A DNA stretch of 64,000 nucleotides, taken from assembly GCA_047967505.1 (NCBI GenBank), contig CM106538.1. One strand, 5' to 3'. Position numbers and translations under genes: made by a program. The notes under the pieces were generated by a model that saw only the letters and a list, made by a program, of their open reading frames with translations, made no database searches and was not told the origin of the DNA. Position 1 is the first letter of the stretch. Each line of letters begins with the position of its first letter. Positions 1-12,591 of the stretch are shown here, piece by piece. The stretch comes from Dipteris shenzhenensis (Eukaryota).

Positions 1-399
1 GCAAGATGTAGATGAAGGTGTATCTGCTTGATGTGATGTCCATGCATCTGCATGCCCACCTCTCGTCCTAAGGTCCTTCCTGGTCTAGAAATGTGACATT
101 TCTTAAGTGGCTTGCATGGGAAGCTAAGAAGGGATAGAGATGAAGTAAGGTATATATAATGAGGAAGATGTTATCTCAAAGAAGCAAAGCATCATCTATG
201 GCTATGGCTCCCTTCCAATTCTTCTTGTTTGTTTGTTGTGATTTTGCCTCTACATCTGCATGCTCACTTTGCATCTACCTCTTTCTCTCCCTCCTATTGA
301 TGCTAGATATATATGACATTTCTTTTCAACATGTCTTGCAAGGGCCATGGAAACCTAAAGAATTTCCTTGTATTGAGGATGTTCACACACTAAGAGGTG

Positions 400-1130
400 C
401 CCATCGTTGGATGGTTGATTGAACCAATAGGAGGTGATTGTTTTAACTATGGACGGGTAATAAGTGGGCATCTAATTACACACACATCACCCATGACCAA
501 ACATTCCTCTCCTACATGCACTTTAGGTCTTATCCTTGGAAAGCCCTTCCATGGGTAGCCATGGCTGTGAAGATCCACATTGCTGTGATACAAAAGAGAG
601 CAATTTTTACAGTGCGCCAGGACGCCATGCACCTATTTTGCAAGGTAATGCATGATTTTCACTACACCCATCGCCCTTAAATCATGTGACCCACGAGTTT
701 TGGTGTTTCCATGTAGGAGAAGGCATCGATCAAAACATGGGAGAACTAAAACCAGACTTGGAAAAATGAATAATGCCACAAGAGACGTGCCAATGGGGAA
801 ATTTCCAAAACTTTCACTTTTGATATTCACGAGAAGGCCTATTTTTCACTTTCGAAGTGGAATGGATACTAAGCCCTACCCCCTTAGGGGGCAGGCCCAA
901 CAAAATTTCCTCCTCTCTTGTTCTTCTCCCTTACCAAGGGTGGAACATATTATCCAATTCCTCCTTCATCATAGTGCTAGCTCTGATACAAAAATGGGAG
1001 AGCCTTTTAAAGGATTCCACCTGGAAGGATACCACTATCAAGCTACCTTGACGAAATCCAAAAAGTTCATGATCTTTTTTGGCCATCGAGACAAAGCTTG
1101 CAAAGCCTTAGGGCGTCTATGGCACTGATG
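400..1130 (-). mobile_element. Highly degenerate Ty3/Gypsy pol remnant (RNase H end / integrase zinc finger)
   Basis: Minus-strand fragments LARLLWHYSFFQVWF..DAFS (RNase H C-terminal-like) followed by HYLAK*VHGVLAHCKNC (H2C2-like); many stops; boundaries approximate. Confidence 0.4.
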
Positions 1131-1359
1131 CTACTTTTCTGTAGCCTAGAAGTCTAAAGTTAGCTATCTATACATACCTCCTCTTTGTAGTTTTTTTTCC
1201 ATTTAATACAATTTAGGTTTTTCTAAGCAAAAAAAAGATGAACAGGGTTCAGGTGGCCTGCCTTTTTTGTTTGGTTGCTGATGGTTTTTCCTCTTCTTTT
1301 TTTTGTGAAGAGGTTGTGCTTTTATTGCAAGCCTTTTTTGGGGGGGCATGGTTGAATTG

Positions 1360-1990
1360 TTAGTGCAATGAAGTATAAATGAGTGAGTGACCTGACCAAT
1401 ATAAAAAATATGTCCCATGTGTATTCTTGGTTGATGTTGACCTTGTCCATATATGGTCAATAGTGGACCCATGGATAGTTGTGGGTACTATAATGAGTTG
1501 TTTCATGTTGTGTTGCATGAATTGTAATAGGTTTGATATGTTTGTGTTGCTGGAGTTGTAGTTAATATTGAAATTGCCTACAATGTATGTTTCTATGTTA
1601 GTTGGTATTTTCTTGTACAAATCTTGCAATATTTGAATGAGGGCGACTATTTTTGCTTGTGGGGATTTGTACACATTTATTATCACTACTTGTTTATTGA
1701 AATCTTTTTCCAAAGTTGTGATTAGGCATTCACAACCGTGCATGTCAATGTTTATTGTATGCACAATTTTGAAAAAAAAATTAAAGTATGTAGCAAGGCC
1801 CAAACCTTGGGTTGTCATGATGTTGTCACACCTTGGTAGTGTTATGTTGTTTGATGAATGGGTGTGGGTTTCCTACAGGCATAGTATTGATGCATCCATG
1901 ATGGCTTGGGAATGCATGATGTCTTGTTTATGGCAGTGAAAAGACCTGGTGTTCAAACTTTGTAATGTGTTCATAATGTTCTCTTCGCTT
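1360..1990 (-). pseudogene. Apurinic/apyrimidinic (EEP-family) endonuclease domain at the C-terminus of RepHel
   Basis: Motifs LNTRS..DASILCL*ETH, GLATY, NVYKSP, IVGNFN, PTTIHGSTIDHIW, WSGHSLI match EEP/L1-EN motifs (NxxS, QET, GDFN, IDH, SDH). Confidence 0.85.
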
Positions 1991-4900
1991 GTGAGATTTT
2001 TCTGTTCAAAAGGCCATGCACATTCTGATTGTAATCGTTGTATTTCTTGTAAAATTTTTGGGTCCACTTTACGTTGTGCGGCTCAATTTGATGCAGTCCA
2101 CTTTACATTGTGCGGCTCAATTTGATGGAGTAGGTATAGGTTTGCTGGGTTTCAGACTTGTGATAGAGCTATGTAAACAAGGCCATGCATTCTTATGTGC
2201 GATGGGTCGAAAGCCAGTGTGTCCATGATAAGGCCTTGGGAGTGATGAATTGTCCTTGCCGATGCGAGTCATATCGGAAATTGTGTTCTACAAGCACTGT
2301 TCGAGTGGTTTTTCCCAATTTGAGATTCTCTTGTCAATTGCGTTATTGGTGCCCAAGTGCTGAAGGTGTCATTGTTGCACAAGTGTTTGTTTTCAGCATG
2401 CACTTTCATTCCCATTTTGCTATTGTTAAATCAATCTAGATTATGGGGGGTTTGATATAATGTTCGAACCTTTGAATCTACCATCCCCATTTTGTTGTTG
2501 TTAAATTCAATCCAGATTATGGGGGTTTTGATATAAATGTTCGAACCTTTGAGTCTACCATCTACACCGTTCACGCTCCCATCATTGATGTCCAAATTTC
2601 TTGAAAAATATTTCAATGATCCTACCTTCTTTGAGCCTAAGCTCGCTACGTAGACCAGCACATTGTTTGGGGTCCGGTGGGATGTTTAGTTTTTTGTTGC
2701 ACGTCTTGTGTTTGTGGTTGATTGCTTTAAAAATTTGTGGTTTTGTCTCTAGTTTTTGGAACACGTAGTCATTGTGTTTGTCTTTGTCAGCATTTGTGTA
2801 GAAGAGGTGTGGAATTGTATTAAGGATGCAAATGTCTTCATTAGTCTGTGTCCCAACATGAATTTTGTCTAGTAATTCAAGGAATGGTCCTTCTTGCTAG
2901 TGCATTGGTTGTTTTAATTTATAGTAATATATTTGAGTTCTCCAACAAGAATGTTCCTCTCGATTGTTGGGAGAATATCTATGTATCTTTTACAGGGCTT
3001 GCCTGGCATAAGTCATCGGATAGGTGTATGTCAACATGGTGTGTCGTGGTTGTTTGTCATTTTTGGTAATTTGAGACATACAATATGAGGTTGCTTCATG
3101 AGGGTTCATGACAAATTAATTATTTGTGTTTGCCTCCCAAAGTTTTGGAATGGTTACATTAAAATTTTTTGTGTTAATGTCTTTAGGATGTCTTCTTAGG
3201 AACATGGTAGGTTTGCAAATGCTGCTTCATAAGGCAAGGATGTATTCTTCTTCCACCATGCTTATTATGCCGAGAAATTTGTCATAATCCATTGTAGAGG
3301 TTTCTTTGTCTGATAAGATGTTTGATATTATTTTGAGGTCTTTTTTATGTTTTGTGTTTTGCATGCTTTTTTGTAAGGGGAGGAGTACATGGGTTTGTTT
3401 CATTGGTGGTCATGGAAAACCAAATCAGCATTTCTTTTTTTTTTGGTACAAGTTTTCTTATGTTTGTGTGTTTGTATTTCTTGTAGTGAGGGTGGTAGTT
3501 ATGAGCTATTTGTTGTAATGTACTTGTCCACGTATTGTTCAACATCTACATCACTATACTGTCCATATGTTGGTGCTTTTTCATTCCATAGTTAACCATG
3601 ATCATGTTGGCTTCCTTGGTTTTGAAACTTCGTGACAAAGAAGATGTCATTTATTGTTCCGAGGATACTTTTATCTTGTCTCATAGAAGGGTTTTTAGTG
3701 CTTGGAACTTATGAGCGTAATATTGAGCTATTGTGATAGGGTTTGACCTAGCAAGTTGTTGAATTTGTAAAGGCTTAGCTCTATAGTTGTTGCTTCTTGC
3801 TAGGTTTTATAAAATTTAAAGGCAAGCTAGTAGTGGTTCTCAGCATTTCTCGGCTGCTGAGAATGCCACAAAGAAAGTGGGGGGGCCTAGTTGCCTCAAC
3901 ATTGCAAAAATGTTTTGTTTTAATTTTTGCTTATAATCTGTGGAGCTACGTAATGATGTGAAGTCTCTGTACACTATTTTGGATTTCAGTAATTGCTCGA
4001 TGTTTGTATCTACCAAGGCATTTTTTGCTTGTAAGGTCATCCCTCACAATTGTCCTTTGCGCATTCTTACTCAGCTCAAAGATAATACTTATCGAACTAG
4101 CACTTTCATTGTTTTGAAGAATAAGTACTCAATACAAAATGCAAATCGGCAGTCTTTATGTTTTAGTTTCCACTTCACAATGTCTTGGTAAGTTCTTGTT
4201 GGCGTCATGTCATATGAACATTTGTGTCCACAGAATAGTGTTGGGAATTATAGTTCTTTGCAGTGGTTGTCGTAAAAGGGAGACTGAGGGGCATGAAGCT
4301 TTCTAATGGGGCTACAATGATCATTTTGTCATTGAAATCTACCACTTGCTGAGCTATGTATATCCCATGCACTAATGTGTCCGTTCGTACGTCATCCCTA
4401 TCATTATCAGTGTTGATTTATTTATTTCATCTTTGTCAACACATTGGAGGTTGTTAATGTGTTCTATCCATAAGTTGCTAATTTGCATGTTGTTTTCTTT
4501 GCACAAAGGGCTCTCCAATCGCTCAAGTAGTGCATGCATTGTGACAGTTGGGTGTACTAGCCCACTGACGTAGTTGTGGTTATAATGTAGGTGACGTTTT
4601 GTTACAACTACCAATGTTGCACTATTGTTAATGAAGCGTGGCAAGACTTTTTGGGACCTCTCGACATCTACGAAGATGTTCACGACACTACCATAAAGTC
4701 CTAGTTGTCCTTCATATGTTAATTCTTGAATTTGTGCAGTGGCGGTTCCTCAACTTTGTTTAAGCTTGATGTGTGTTTAGATTTTTTAGCGAAACACATT
4801 GTCTGGGTTGTAAACTTAGGGATTGTTGCTTTGTTAAGGTGCCTGTGACAAAGTAAGCATAAAGGCAAGTCTTCCAATCTCATGGTTTCTGGCCATAAAT

Positions 4901-5819
4901 GTTGAGTTCTCATAAATTCATCATGTGCTTTTATTGCAGGCTTCATTTTTTATTTGAATGTCAAGCACCATCAACACTAGTATGCAAAGCTTGGTGTGTC
5001 TTTGATTTTGCTATAGTATGATTTTGGTGCTTTGTTCATACTCAAGTCTATTCCTAGATCTGTGGCTTTCCTTTTATGTTTTGTTTTTATGTCTTTTTCT
5101 GTGGGCACATTTGCATCGAGTGGTTCTGTTTGTTTTTTAGTAACGGCAAGGTTTATTGTTTGCAAATAGCGAGCCCAAGAATCACTTGCCATAATTTGTA
5201 TATTTTGTTGCGAATGTTTTGTGTGTTGTAGTTCTTTTGTTGTTGTTGTCTTTTGAAGGTAAGCACGATTGCTATTGCAAGTTTGTCGATGTTTGCTTTA
5301 ATTATTTACAGCAAGCTCCTTTCATCTTCTAGCATCCATATTTTATAAGAATGTTTTTTCCCAGTCGGGATAAGCGGAACAATTGTTTTTGGCAATTTTA
5401 ATTCATCTAGCAAGCGCGACTTTATTGTTTTTTTGTTTGGTGGCCGATTTTCAAACCGGGATGATTTTGTCGTTTGAAGATACAAACAGCTAAAAATGGT
5501 TGCCAAACTTGGCATGGAATATTTCTAAGCAGTCATATATAAGATGTTGTGAACAAGTAGAGTTTCGTGCAAGCTCTGCAATGGCCTCTCTTTTTATTGT
5601 GGAATGGCTTTTTTCTGTCGTTGTGGAATCATCAATGTTGGTCCAAATTGATTTGTTGATGGCGTTGGTGCAAATATGATCTTGTAGCATGTCTAACAAT
5701 GCCTCATACTTGTATGTTGGATAGAACATTATTAAACATGCGAGAACATCAGTATTGCGAGGGTGGTTTTCGATGAACTCAATGTGTAATTGCAATGTGT
5801 ATGGGTCAAGGTTAGCCAT
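1360..5819 (-). mobile_element. Decayed Helitron-like RepHel gene with C-terminal endonuclease (Helentron/Helitron2-type architecture)
   Basis: In order on the minus strand: LCLLCHRHL..IPKF; DUF6570-like VLPRFINNSATLVVVTKRHLHY; Rep motif 1 NIFAMLRQLGPPTFFVAFSAAE (~3850-3910); HUH motif TKFQNQGSQHDHG*LW (~3590-3635); PIF1 motifs DDLCQASPVKD (~2990-3020) and RTQFPI*LASARTIHHSQGL...HGLVYIALSQV (~2155-2290); then the EEP domain. Many stops and frameshifts. Confidence 0.9.
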
Positions 5820-6115
5820 TTCTTCTTTTATTCTCTTCTTTTTTTTTTTAATTCTATTTGTGGAGATGTTGTTTTGTGGTTAGTGTAAGTGGTAAGGATG
5901 CAAACCAATGAAACCATAAAACCAAAATGTATATGGTTATAGGTGTCAATCTACCAACACAATTGAAACACCCAAAGGAGCACGAACTTTATTCACCATG
6001 AAAACATGCATTATAGAAATAGCAAACAGTTGCTACGGGATTATTGAAGAGAAAATATGTACAACAATGTACCAAGCTGGCTCTACAGGTAGCAACAAAA
6101 AACACGAGTGAAGCA

Positions 6116-7560
6116 CTAGATACTTGGTGCAAAAGCAATAACAAATCCAGCACTGTTCACAGTGAACTCTCCAAATGACCTTTTCTCAAACAACATGTTT
6201 CTTGTGGCAACAACACTACAGTTATGAAACTCTATGAAAGGGCCATGGAGCTTCAACACTTCATTGGCATGGTTGCCATGGTTGCCACGAATATGTAGAG
6301 CAACTTGGGAACCATCACAATTCACAACACAACCTTTCAAAGATGGTACATCTGAAATGGTTTGTGCACTCTCGCAGGTATAACGAAATGGATGGCTTGG
6401 ATCTCTGCTAACTCGAGGTCCTCCACAATTGCTGCATTGAAACTCGACAAGTGGGTTGTTTAGGCCAATGAAGTGTAGGACTCCAGTTACCTGTTGGATG
6501 TACGAGTTATTATCAGCGCATTATTTGTTTTGTGAAAATTAACTTTGACCATGCTGTTGTACATTTTTTCCATAGCTTAGTTGAGACACTTGGTACATAA
6601 AACTATCATGCAACGTTGCTCGTAGGTCGCCCTCTAGCACAGCTCCTAAGATTATGAAATCAAAAACTCCTAATGCATGTCGGGCTCGCATAAAAGATAT
6701 GTTCTTTGCAACAAACATAACAATCCCTTCATCGATGAACTCTTGCACTAGCCGAGCAAGTGTATGCCTCCTCTCTGCTACAAAGGTCAACTATTTCATA
6801 AACACATGAACTTAGCATATAACCGGTTTCCCTTGTAGTGGGGTTAAGTTAATGAATTGTTTTTATTATCTTATTGTGGCACAATTTTCGAGGTTTGGGC
6901 CATCTGCAACAATTATTTAGTGTGTTGGAGGTCCGTTAAGATCTACCTTAACAACCACAAAAGCCACAATGTCCATCAATGCTACACATGAAGCCCTTGT
7001 TATTTCTACTTGGTTTGCTACCCATGGTGCATAGACACAAATCGACTTCTCTTGGACGAAAGATATGTCACCATCAAATGGCTAACCCTTGATTATTGTT
7101 GTTGTTGCATCCACCCATAATGCTACAAAGGAAGTGCAACCCTCTCCTGTAACTCTTTTTGTGTTACCGGTCCCTCAGTCCTAAAAAAGTCATCAACTTG
7201 CAAGACATCTCTCAATTGTAGCATGTACACATGTGGGATGTGGAGAGTGATTGTTTCACAGCATTGTTCATCGGTTAGGTCAACCTACATGAAGAAAGGG
7301 TAAGCAACATCCCTAGCTTTGAAAGTGTTGTACTTTGCCATCACTTTTCCTTGAAAATAAAACCTGTAAGGAATGTACTCTGAGAGTGTGCTTATGGGCA
7401 ACACCGGAAGGTTATTTGGATGGGCTAGACTTGACTCTGCTAGGACGATTGCATTGATATTGTGTGCCTCAACAATTGCATTGTTTGGTGTATCAAATTT
7501 TGCAGGTGACCTTTTCTTCTCAAAATTTTGTGGTACAGTTGAGCTTGTTGAAATATTAAA
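6116..7560 (-). pseudogene. Decayed RPA70/RPA1-like OB-fold ssDNA-binding protein carried upstream of RepHel
   Basis: Manual translation of ~7400-7180: LPISTLSEYIPYRFYFQGKVMAKYNTFKARDVAYPFFM*VDLTDEQCCETITLHI..QLRDVLQVDDF resembles RPA1 DBD-A; ~6440-6370 CSNCGG...FRYTCES resembles the DBD-C zinc ribbon; same strand as RepHel. Confidence 0.7.
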
Positions 7561-10500
7561 TTATTGATAGCATAAGCAAAGCCTCTTCTAGTTGTTCATG
7601 AAATGTTTTTTTGAGACTGTAACTTGTAGAATAGAAAAGAAAGTTTGTTTGCACAATTTGTCTTTGATGCACTTTTGTTGTGCGTGACAATACTTGAAAT
7701 CTACTTAATCTTCACACAAGCCCGCTATTTTTGGCAAACGTTTAATTTAGAATATGATTTTTTTTTCTCTCTCAGATGTTTCTTGCTTTTGTCAGAAGCT
7801 ATCCTTTAATTACTCTTTTTGGGATAACAAGAAAAACATTGAAATGTTTCTTTTAGAAGGTGCAATTAAACTGTTTCTTCAACATGTTGTAGAGCCAAAA
7901 AAATATGTCTACACAAAACATTTTTATGATTAATTTGTGCATCATCACAAAATAAGAACACAAGTTTGAAACTGCATGTCCACATATATCTGAAAATATA
8001 TACTACATGTACAGCACTGTGCTCAAACTAATTGTTGCTAGACATTGAAAACACTCGTGATAAAAAAGAGCATGCTATTTGTTGTTTAAAGCATAGCAAG
8101 TTAAACATTGGCGATTTCTGATTCAGTATCCTCTTTGACAAATGGTGGTTCAATGTCCATCTCTATCCTGCATTGCATTGTCAACAGACAACCTTTCTTC
8201 TGTAGCTCTTTGAGGATTGGGCAAAATACGTTACAAACACTTGGTTAACACATTACCAAACTTGTAACAACATGAAAATTTAATGAGTGACTCTTCACCT
8301 TCAGCATATGCTTGCTCTATAGCTGCATGGAAAAAGTCTTCAATGGTTTCCTTGGATTATTTTTTATTGAGCAAACTTCCATCTTTACTAACTGGATTCC
8401 ATGGTGTCAGCATGAGGGGCACATTCAAAGTTGAAACTGGAGCAAGTGCCAATGTCTTTAAGAAACAAGCACTAGAAATAGATACAAATCCTTCTTGGCC
8501 AATGCATGGACATCCTCCGTAATCACCCTTGCATGAAATTGCAGTCATTTTTGGAAATGGATGGGCTTAACATATGCAACGCCCTTCACGAACTCACTTA
8601 TCTGATACCAAAAGAAAACATGGCCTATAGCAAACGAATTTCTCAACACTTTTCTCACACCAGAGAAACGACAACAATAATCAGGTCACTGGTTAAACGC
8701 AATTTCATGTTATATGTGTCTGGTAATCAACCTGCCAGCAGCGATTTCAATTCAATCCAGTCATAAATGAAAACACATGTAAAAATTTTCGGGATTGCAT
8801 GATAACCAAAAACCTTCATTGCCCAAGACAAAGACCGTACATTGTTTGATTCAAGCATATAAACCAAAAGGAGAACAGAGCTCTTGTTTTGTAAATGTAA
8901 CGACAGAATCACAAGCTCATTTATTTATCAACACAATTGCTAACTACAATCAATAGAAGAAGCGTTTGCACCAGGAGGAGTGAAAGTTTAGTCTCTAGTA
9001 TCGAACTTAAGATGGAGCCCAAGAAGACAATCTGCCTTGAAGGACTCTCCGACAGAATCACAAGCTTGTGAGATATTAACACGGGCGCTGTCATCACGAA
9101 TTGGTTTTTGAGAATGGAAGTCTATGCTTGAGCGAGGGGAAAATTAAACAAGGCGACTTAGGAAATAGTCAAAGAAATCTCGGAAGTGGGAGTAGAGAGG
9201 GCGAAAGCAAAAGCAGGAACGAAACAAAAAATGAACATCACGTACAACCACCTTTGGCAGTGTCTTCCTCTAATCCGTTCCCGCTGTTGATTGCCTATTG
9301 CTTTCCTTGAGCAATACTTGCTCTGGCAGCGCGATTGTTGATCGCTTGTTGCTTCCCTTGAGCAATACTTGCTCTAGCAAAGTTTCGTTCCTCCTCAGCC
9401 TCTGCAGTTTTACAAAAGCAATGATCAAAGAAGCACTTTGAAAAGCAGAGCGTGCGTTAGTCGCGTTAGAATCTATTCATACAAGACAATACATCACACC
9501 TACCATGAAGACGGAATGTAGCTTCATCAACACAGCCTGCTGACTTCGGCTTCACCATACTCACAAGATGCAAGAATAAGGAGAATGGAATACGAAAGAC
9601 AGAATAGAAAAGCCAGAATTCATAATTGATGAAACAAACAACCTGTCTCGAACTGGCCACTGCTCATGTCCATCGAGTCGCCCGAAACTTGTTGGTCCTC
9701 ATTTGCGCAGGGAAGTATTGCACACACATCATAGCTTCCAACATCGATGCAAAGCAAAAGAAATCTACCAACTTAGCATGCCATGGAAAACCAATTCCTC
9801 ATTAGTATGAAGCAGAATCCCCATTAGCATCAAGCCCATACCATCTCGAAGCGGCAAACGTCAAAGAGAAGCACTGGCAGAGCGAGCATGGGCAAGAGGA
9901 AAAGAGACATCAGGTTTTAACAGGCGACAAGCACATATGACTTGCATGGTGGGTGTGGGTTTGGTCGCGGGGAAAGGCCAAGTTTGGACACCCGACAAGC
10001 GCATATGAATTGCATGGAAGGTGTGACTTTGGTCGCGCACAAAAGGCCATGTGTAACGAATGACGCCAAAGGGGAGGATGGCGAGATTGTGGTGGCAGAT
10101 CCAACTGCCCACAAATTACCACATCAAACGCTAAGGAACAAGGGGCACACACATACCTAGAGCATTGTTCCCAAGTGAGGGAGTATAACTCAAGTGTGAT
10201 CCGCTTTCAAAGGGCCTCTAAAATAGAAACTTTGTAGTAGCTAGAGCTCCGCTAATAAAGAAACCAATGTATTTAGTGTTAGCTCCCACCCAGACACCTA
10301 AGAGCAAGGCCCCATGGACCGGCTATCTCCACCAACCTCATCAATTGACGTAAGCGACAATCTCCGACAGTCGGATGAACTGAGTGAATCTCTAGCATCT
10401 GGAAACTCCTCCCACTCTTGGAGTTTCGGGAGTTCTGGGACCTATGTGACAAGCTCTCCGACTCAACTCCAGGATGACCATGGGGACGACGACTCCTTTC

Positions 10501-10639
10501 GGTCTACGTGAGTGAGCGTGGAGATAGACGGTCCATGGGACCTCTTGCTCGAAGGGAGGGTGGAACAAATGTCTTGAAGAGATGTTCTTCTTTGAGTGAA
10601 AGAGGAAGGGCTTGTGAAAGAAGAAACAAAGCTAGGGCT

Positions 10640-11308
10640 ATGGCGTTCTTGCACGTGTTCTTCGTCTTCTTGGAGCTGGTGGTGGTGTTTTTGCCCCTGC
10701 ATGCTCAACACCTTGCGTCTACGTCTTGCTCTGCCTCCTCAGAAGCTTGCCACTCCTTCCTCTATTTCTCCTCCCCTCGCCCCCTCCCCACCCCCTTAAT
10801 CGCTCGCCTCTTCGGTATCAACACCTCCCTCCTTCTCCCCTTCCATTCCCACCTCCTCATCCCTCAGTCCTGTCCTTGCTTCCTTGGCTCTCGCCATTCC
10901 AACTCCACCTTCTATGACGTCCAGCCCGGTGATACCCTCTCCCACATCGCCTCTCGCTTCGGCTCTTGGGTCTCTTACCCCCAAATCGCTGCCGCTAATC
11001 GCATCCCCGACCCCGATCTCATCTTCCCCCGCCAAAGGTTCGTCATCCCGTTTCCCTGTGCTTGCGATCAAGGTATTGACCCAGAAAACCCTGCAGTGTT
11101 CATTTCTTATCAGGTTCGGGCAGATGATACCCTGACGGGAATTGCTCGAAACTTCGACACAACAGTCCAGGAGCTCAGCCGCATCAATGGCCTTGCTGAT
11201 TCCGCCGTCAAGGCCGGTGCTGTCATTTATGCCCCCTTTCCAAGCAATTTCGAACCTTCACAACTTGTACAGTCTCGTGATCTTACGCGTAGGAGACTGG
11301 AAGAATGA
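10640..11308 (+). CDS. LysM-domain protein (signal peptide plus three LysM modules separated by CxC), ~222 aa
   Basis: ATG at 10640 in frame with ORF 10508..11308; hydrophobic N-terminus MAFLHVFFVFLELVVVFLPLHAQ; CPC and CAC spacers; LysM motifs YDVQPGDTLSHIASRF..IAAANRIPDPDLIFPRQRFVIP and YQVRADDTLTGIARNFDTTVQELSRING; first LysM degenerate. Confidence 0.85.
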   Translation: MAFLHVFFVFLELVVVFLPLHAQHLASTSCSASSEACHSFLYFSSPRPLPTPLIARLFGINTSLLLPFHSHLLIPQSCPCFLGSRHSNSTFYDVQPGDTLSHIASRFGSWVSYPQIAAANRIPDPDLIFPRQRFVIPFPCACDQGIDPENPAVFISYQVRADDTLTGIARNFDTTVQELSRINGLADSAVKAGAVIYAPFPSNFEPSQLVQSRDLTRRRLEE

Positions 11309-12591
11309 GTAATGTGACGTTAGAGATTACGACCAAAAATTCAGACTCCTCCCCGATCTACGATGTAAAGAGCCAATCGGCACTGATAAGCTACTAGTTT
11401 CCTTGGGGAGGGCCTGCTAAAGTATATGTACATACCCCAAGTAGGCAGTTGGCACTAAGTAAGCCACTAGTTTCCATGAGGCCGGCCTGCTAGTGTATGT
11501 ACAATATACCGCAGAATCCGTAGAGTACAACAATTATCGTGACATATATACATGAACAATATAGCATCCTTGTTTGCTGTGATGAGACTGCTTGTATCTA
11601 GCAATGAACAGTTTTCTCTCGAATAAGGTGTTATGGAGTATCTGATGTCTACGAAGAATTGTACTCTGAAGTATACGAACCTGTTTCTCGCGCCGCCTTT
11701 AGATATCTGCCTTTCTCAGTATAGTACCATCCCTTTTCTTTTCTATGCCTTCTATCTTTTCAACAATCGTTATAAGACTTTTTTGAACACTATTCTTCCG
11801 TCTTTACAAATCTACAAATGCTGAGGGTTAAGTGGTACGCTGCAGCAAATCATCTTCGTCTCATCATCAATGATGCCTGACTAAATAAAGGAGTGCTTTT
11901 CTTTTCGGGGCTTGGGACACTTGTTGGCAATGAGAAATGTCAAGCTAGCATTTTTTCAATGGATAGTGCAGCATGGTGATGGAGGTTAAGGACGGTCATC
12001 GAAACTTCATTTCCAAGTAATAAATTCAATTCGTCTGACAGAACGTTAGTTACAGCTTTTGTGCTTTTCTTGCATGCTGAAGACACGATACGTGTATCCT
12101 GATTGGCTGTTGAAGAGACTAATGGTTCAGAGCTGAGAGAGGGGATGGGCTGGTAAGGCATCACGATTTGCATGCTGAGTGAACTAATGTGCTCTATTCA
12201 TGCTTCCGGTTGAAACTGGTTGAGCAGTTCTTGTAGGTTCGATGCAGAGTTGCAAACCTGGAAATGCTGAGGCTCTGACTTGAGTTCGTAGTTTGTGCTA
12301 ACAGACATGGTATTACATATTAATGGAAACATTTAGATCAAGCTAATCATGAAAGTTGGATGCTTTGATTTAGTGTGCTCTAAATATGTATAACAGAGGT
12401 ATCATACATACTTATGTATGACAGATGTGTGCATTTTTGTCGCTAAGGTAAAAGTGGCTGCATATAAGACAGAAAGAGAGCCCGGAAGATAGAGAGGACA
12501 TAGAGAAGAAACCAATTTGAGAGAATCATGTTAAGGAAGAGCTGAAGGTCTGAGGGAAATGCCCACGGTAAATTTATTACGTGGAAGTCTT

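Noticed and set aside
1140-1360. Helitron/Helentron 3' terminus
   Set aside because: No convincing terminal hairpin, CTRR end or subterminal inverted repeat found by eye, so the element ends are left uncalled.
10508-10639. N-terminal extension of the LysM ORF
   Set aside because: It begins at GTG; the ATG at 10640 gives a proper signal peptide.
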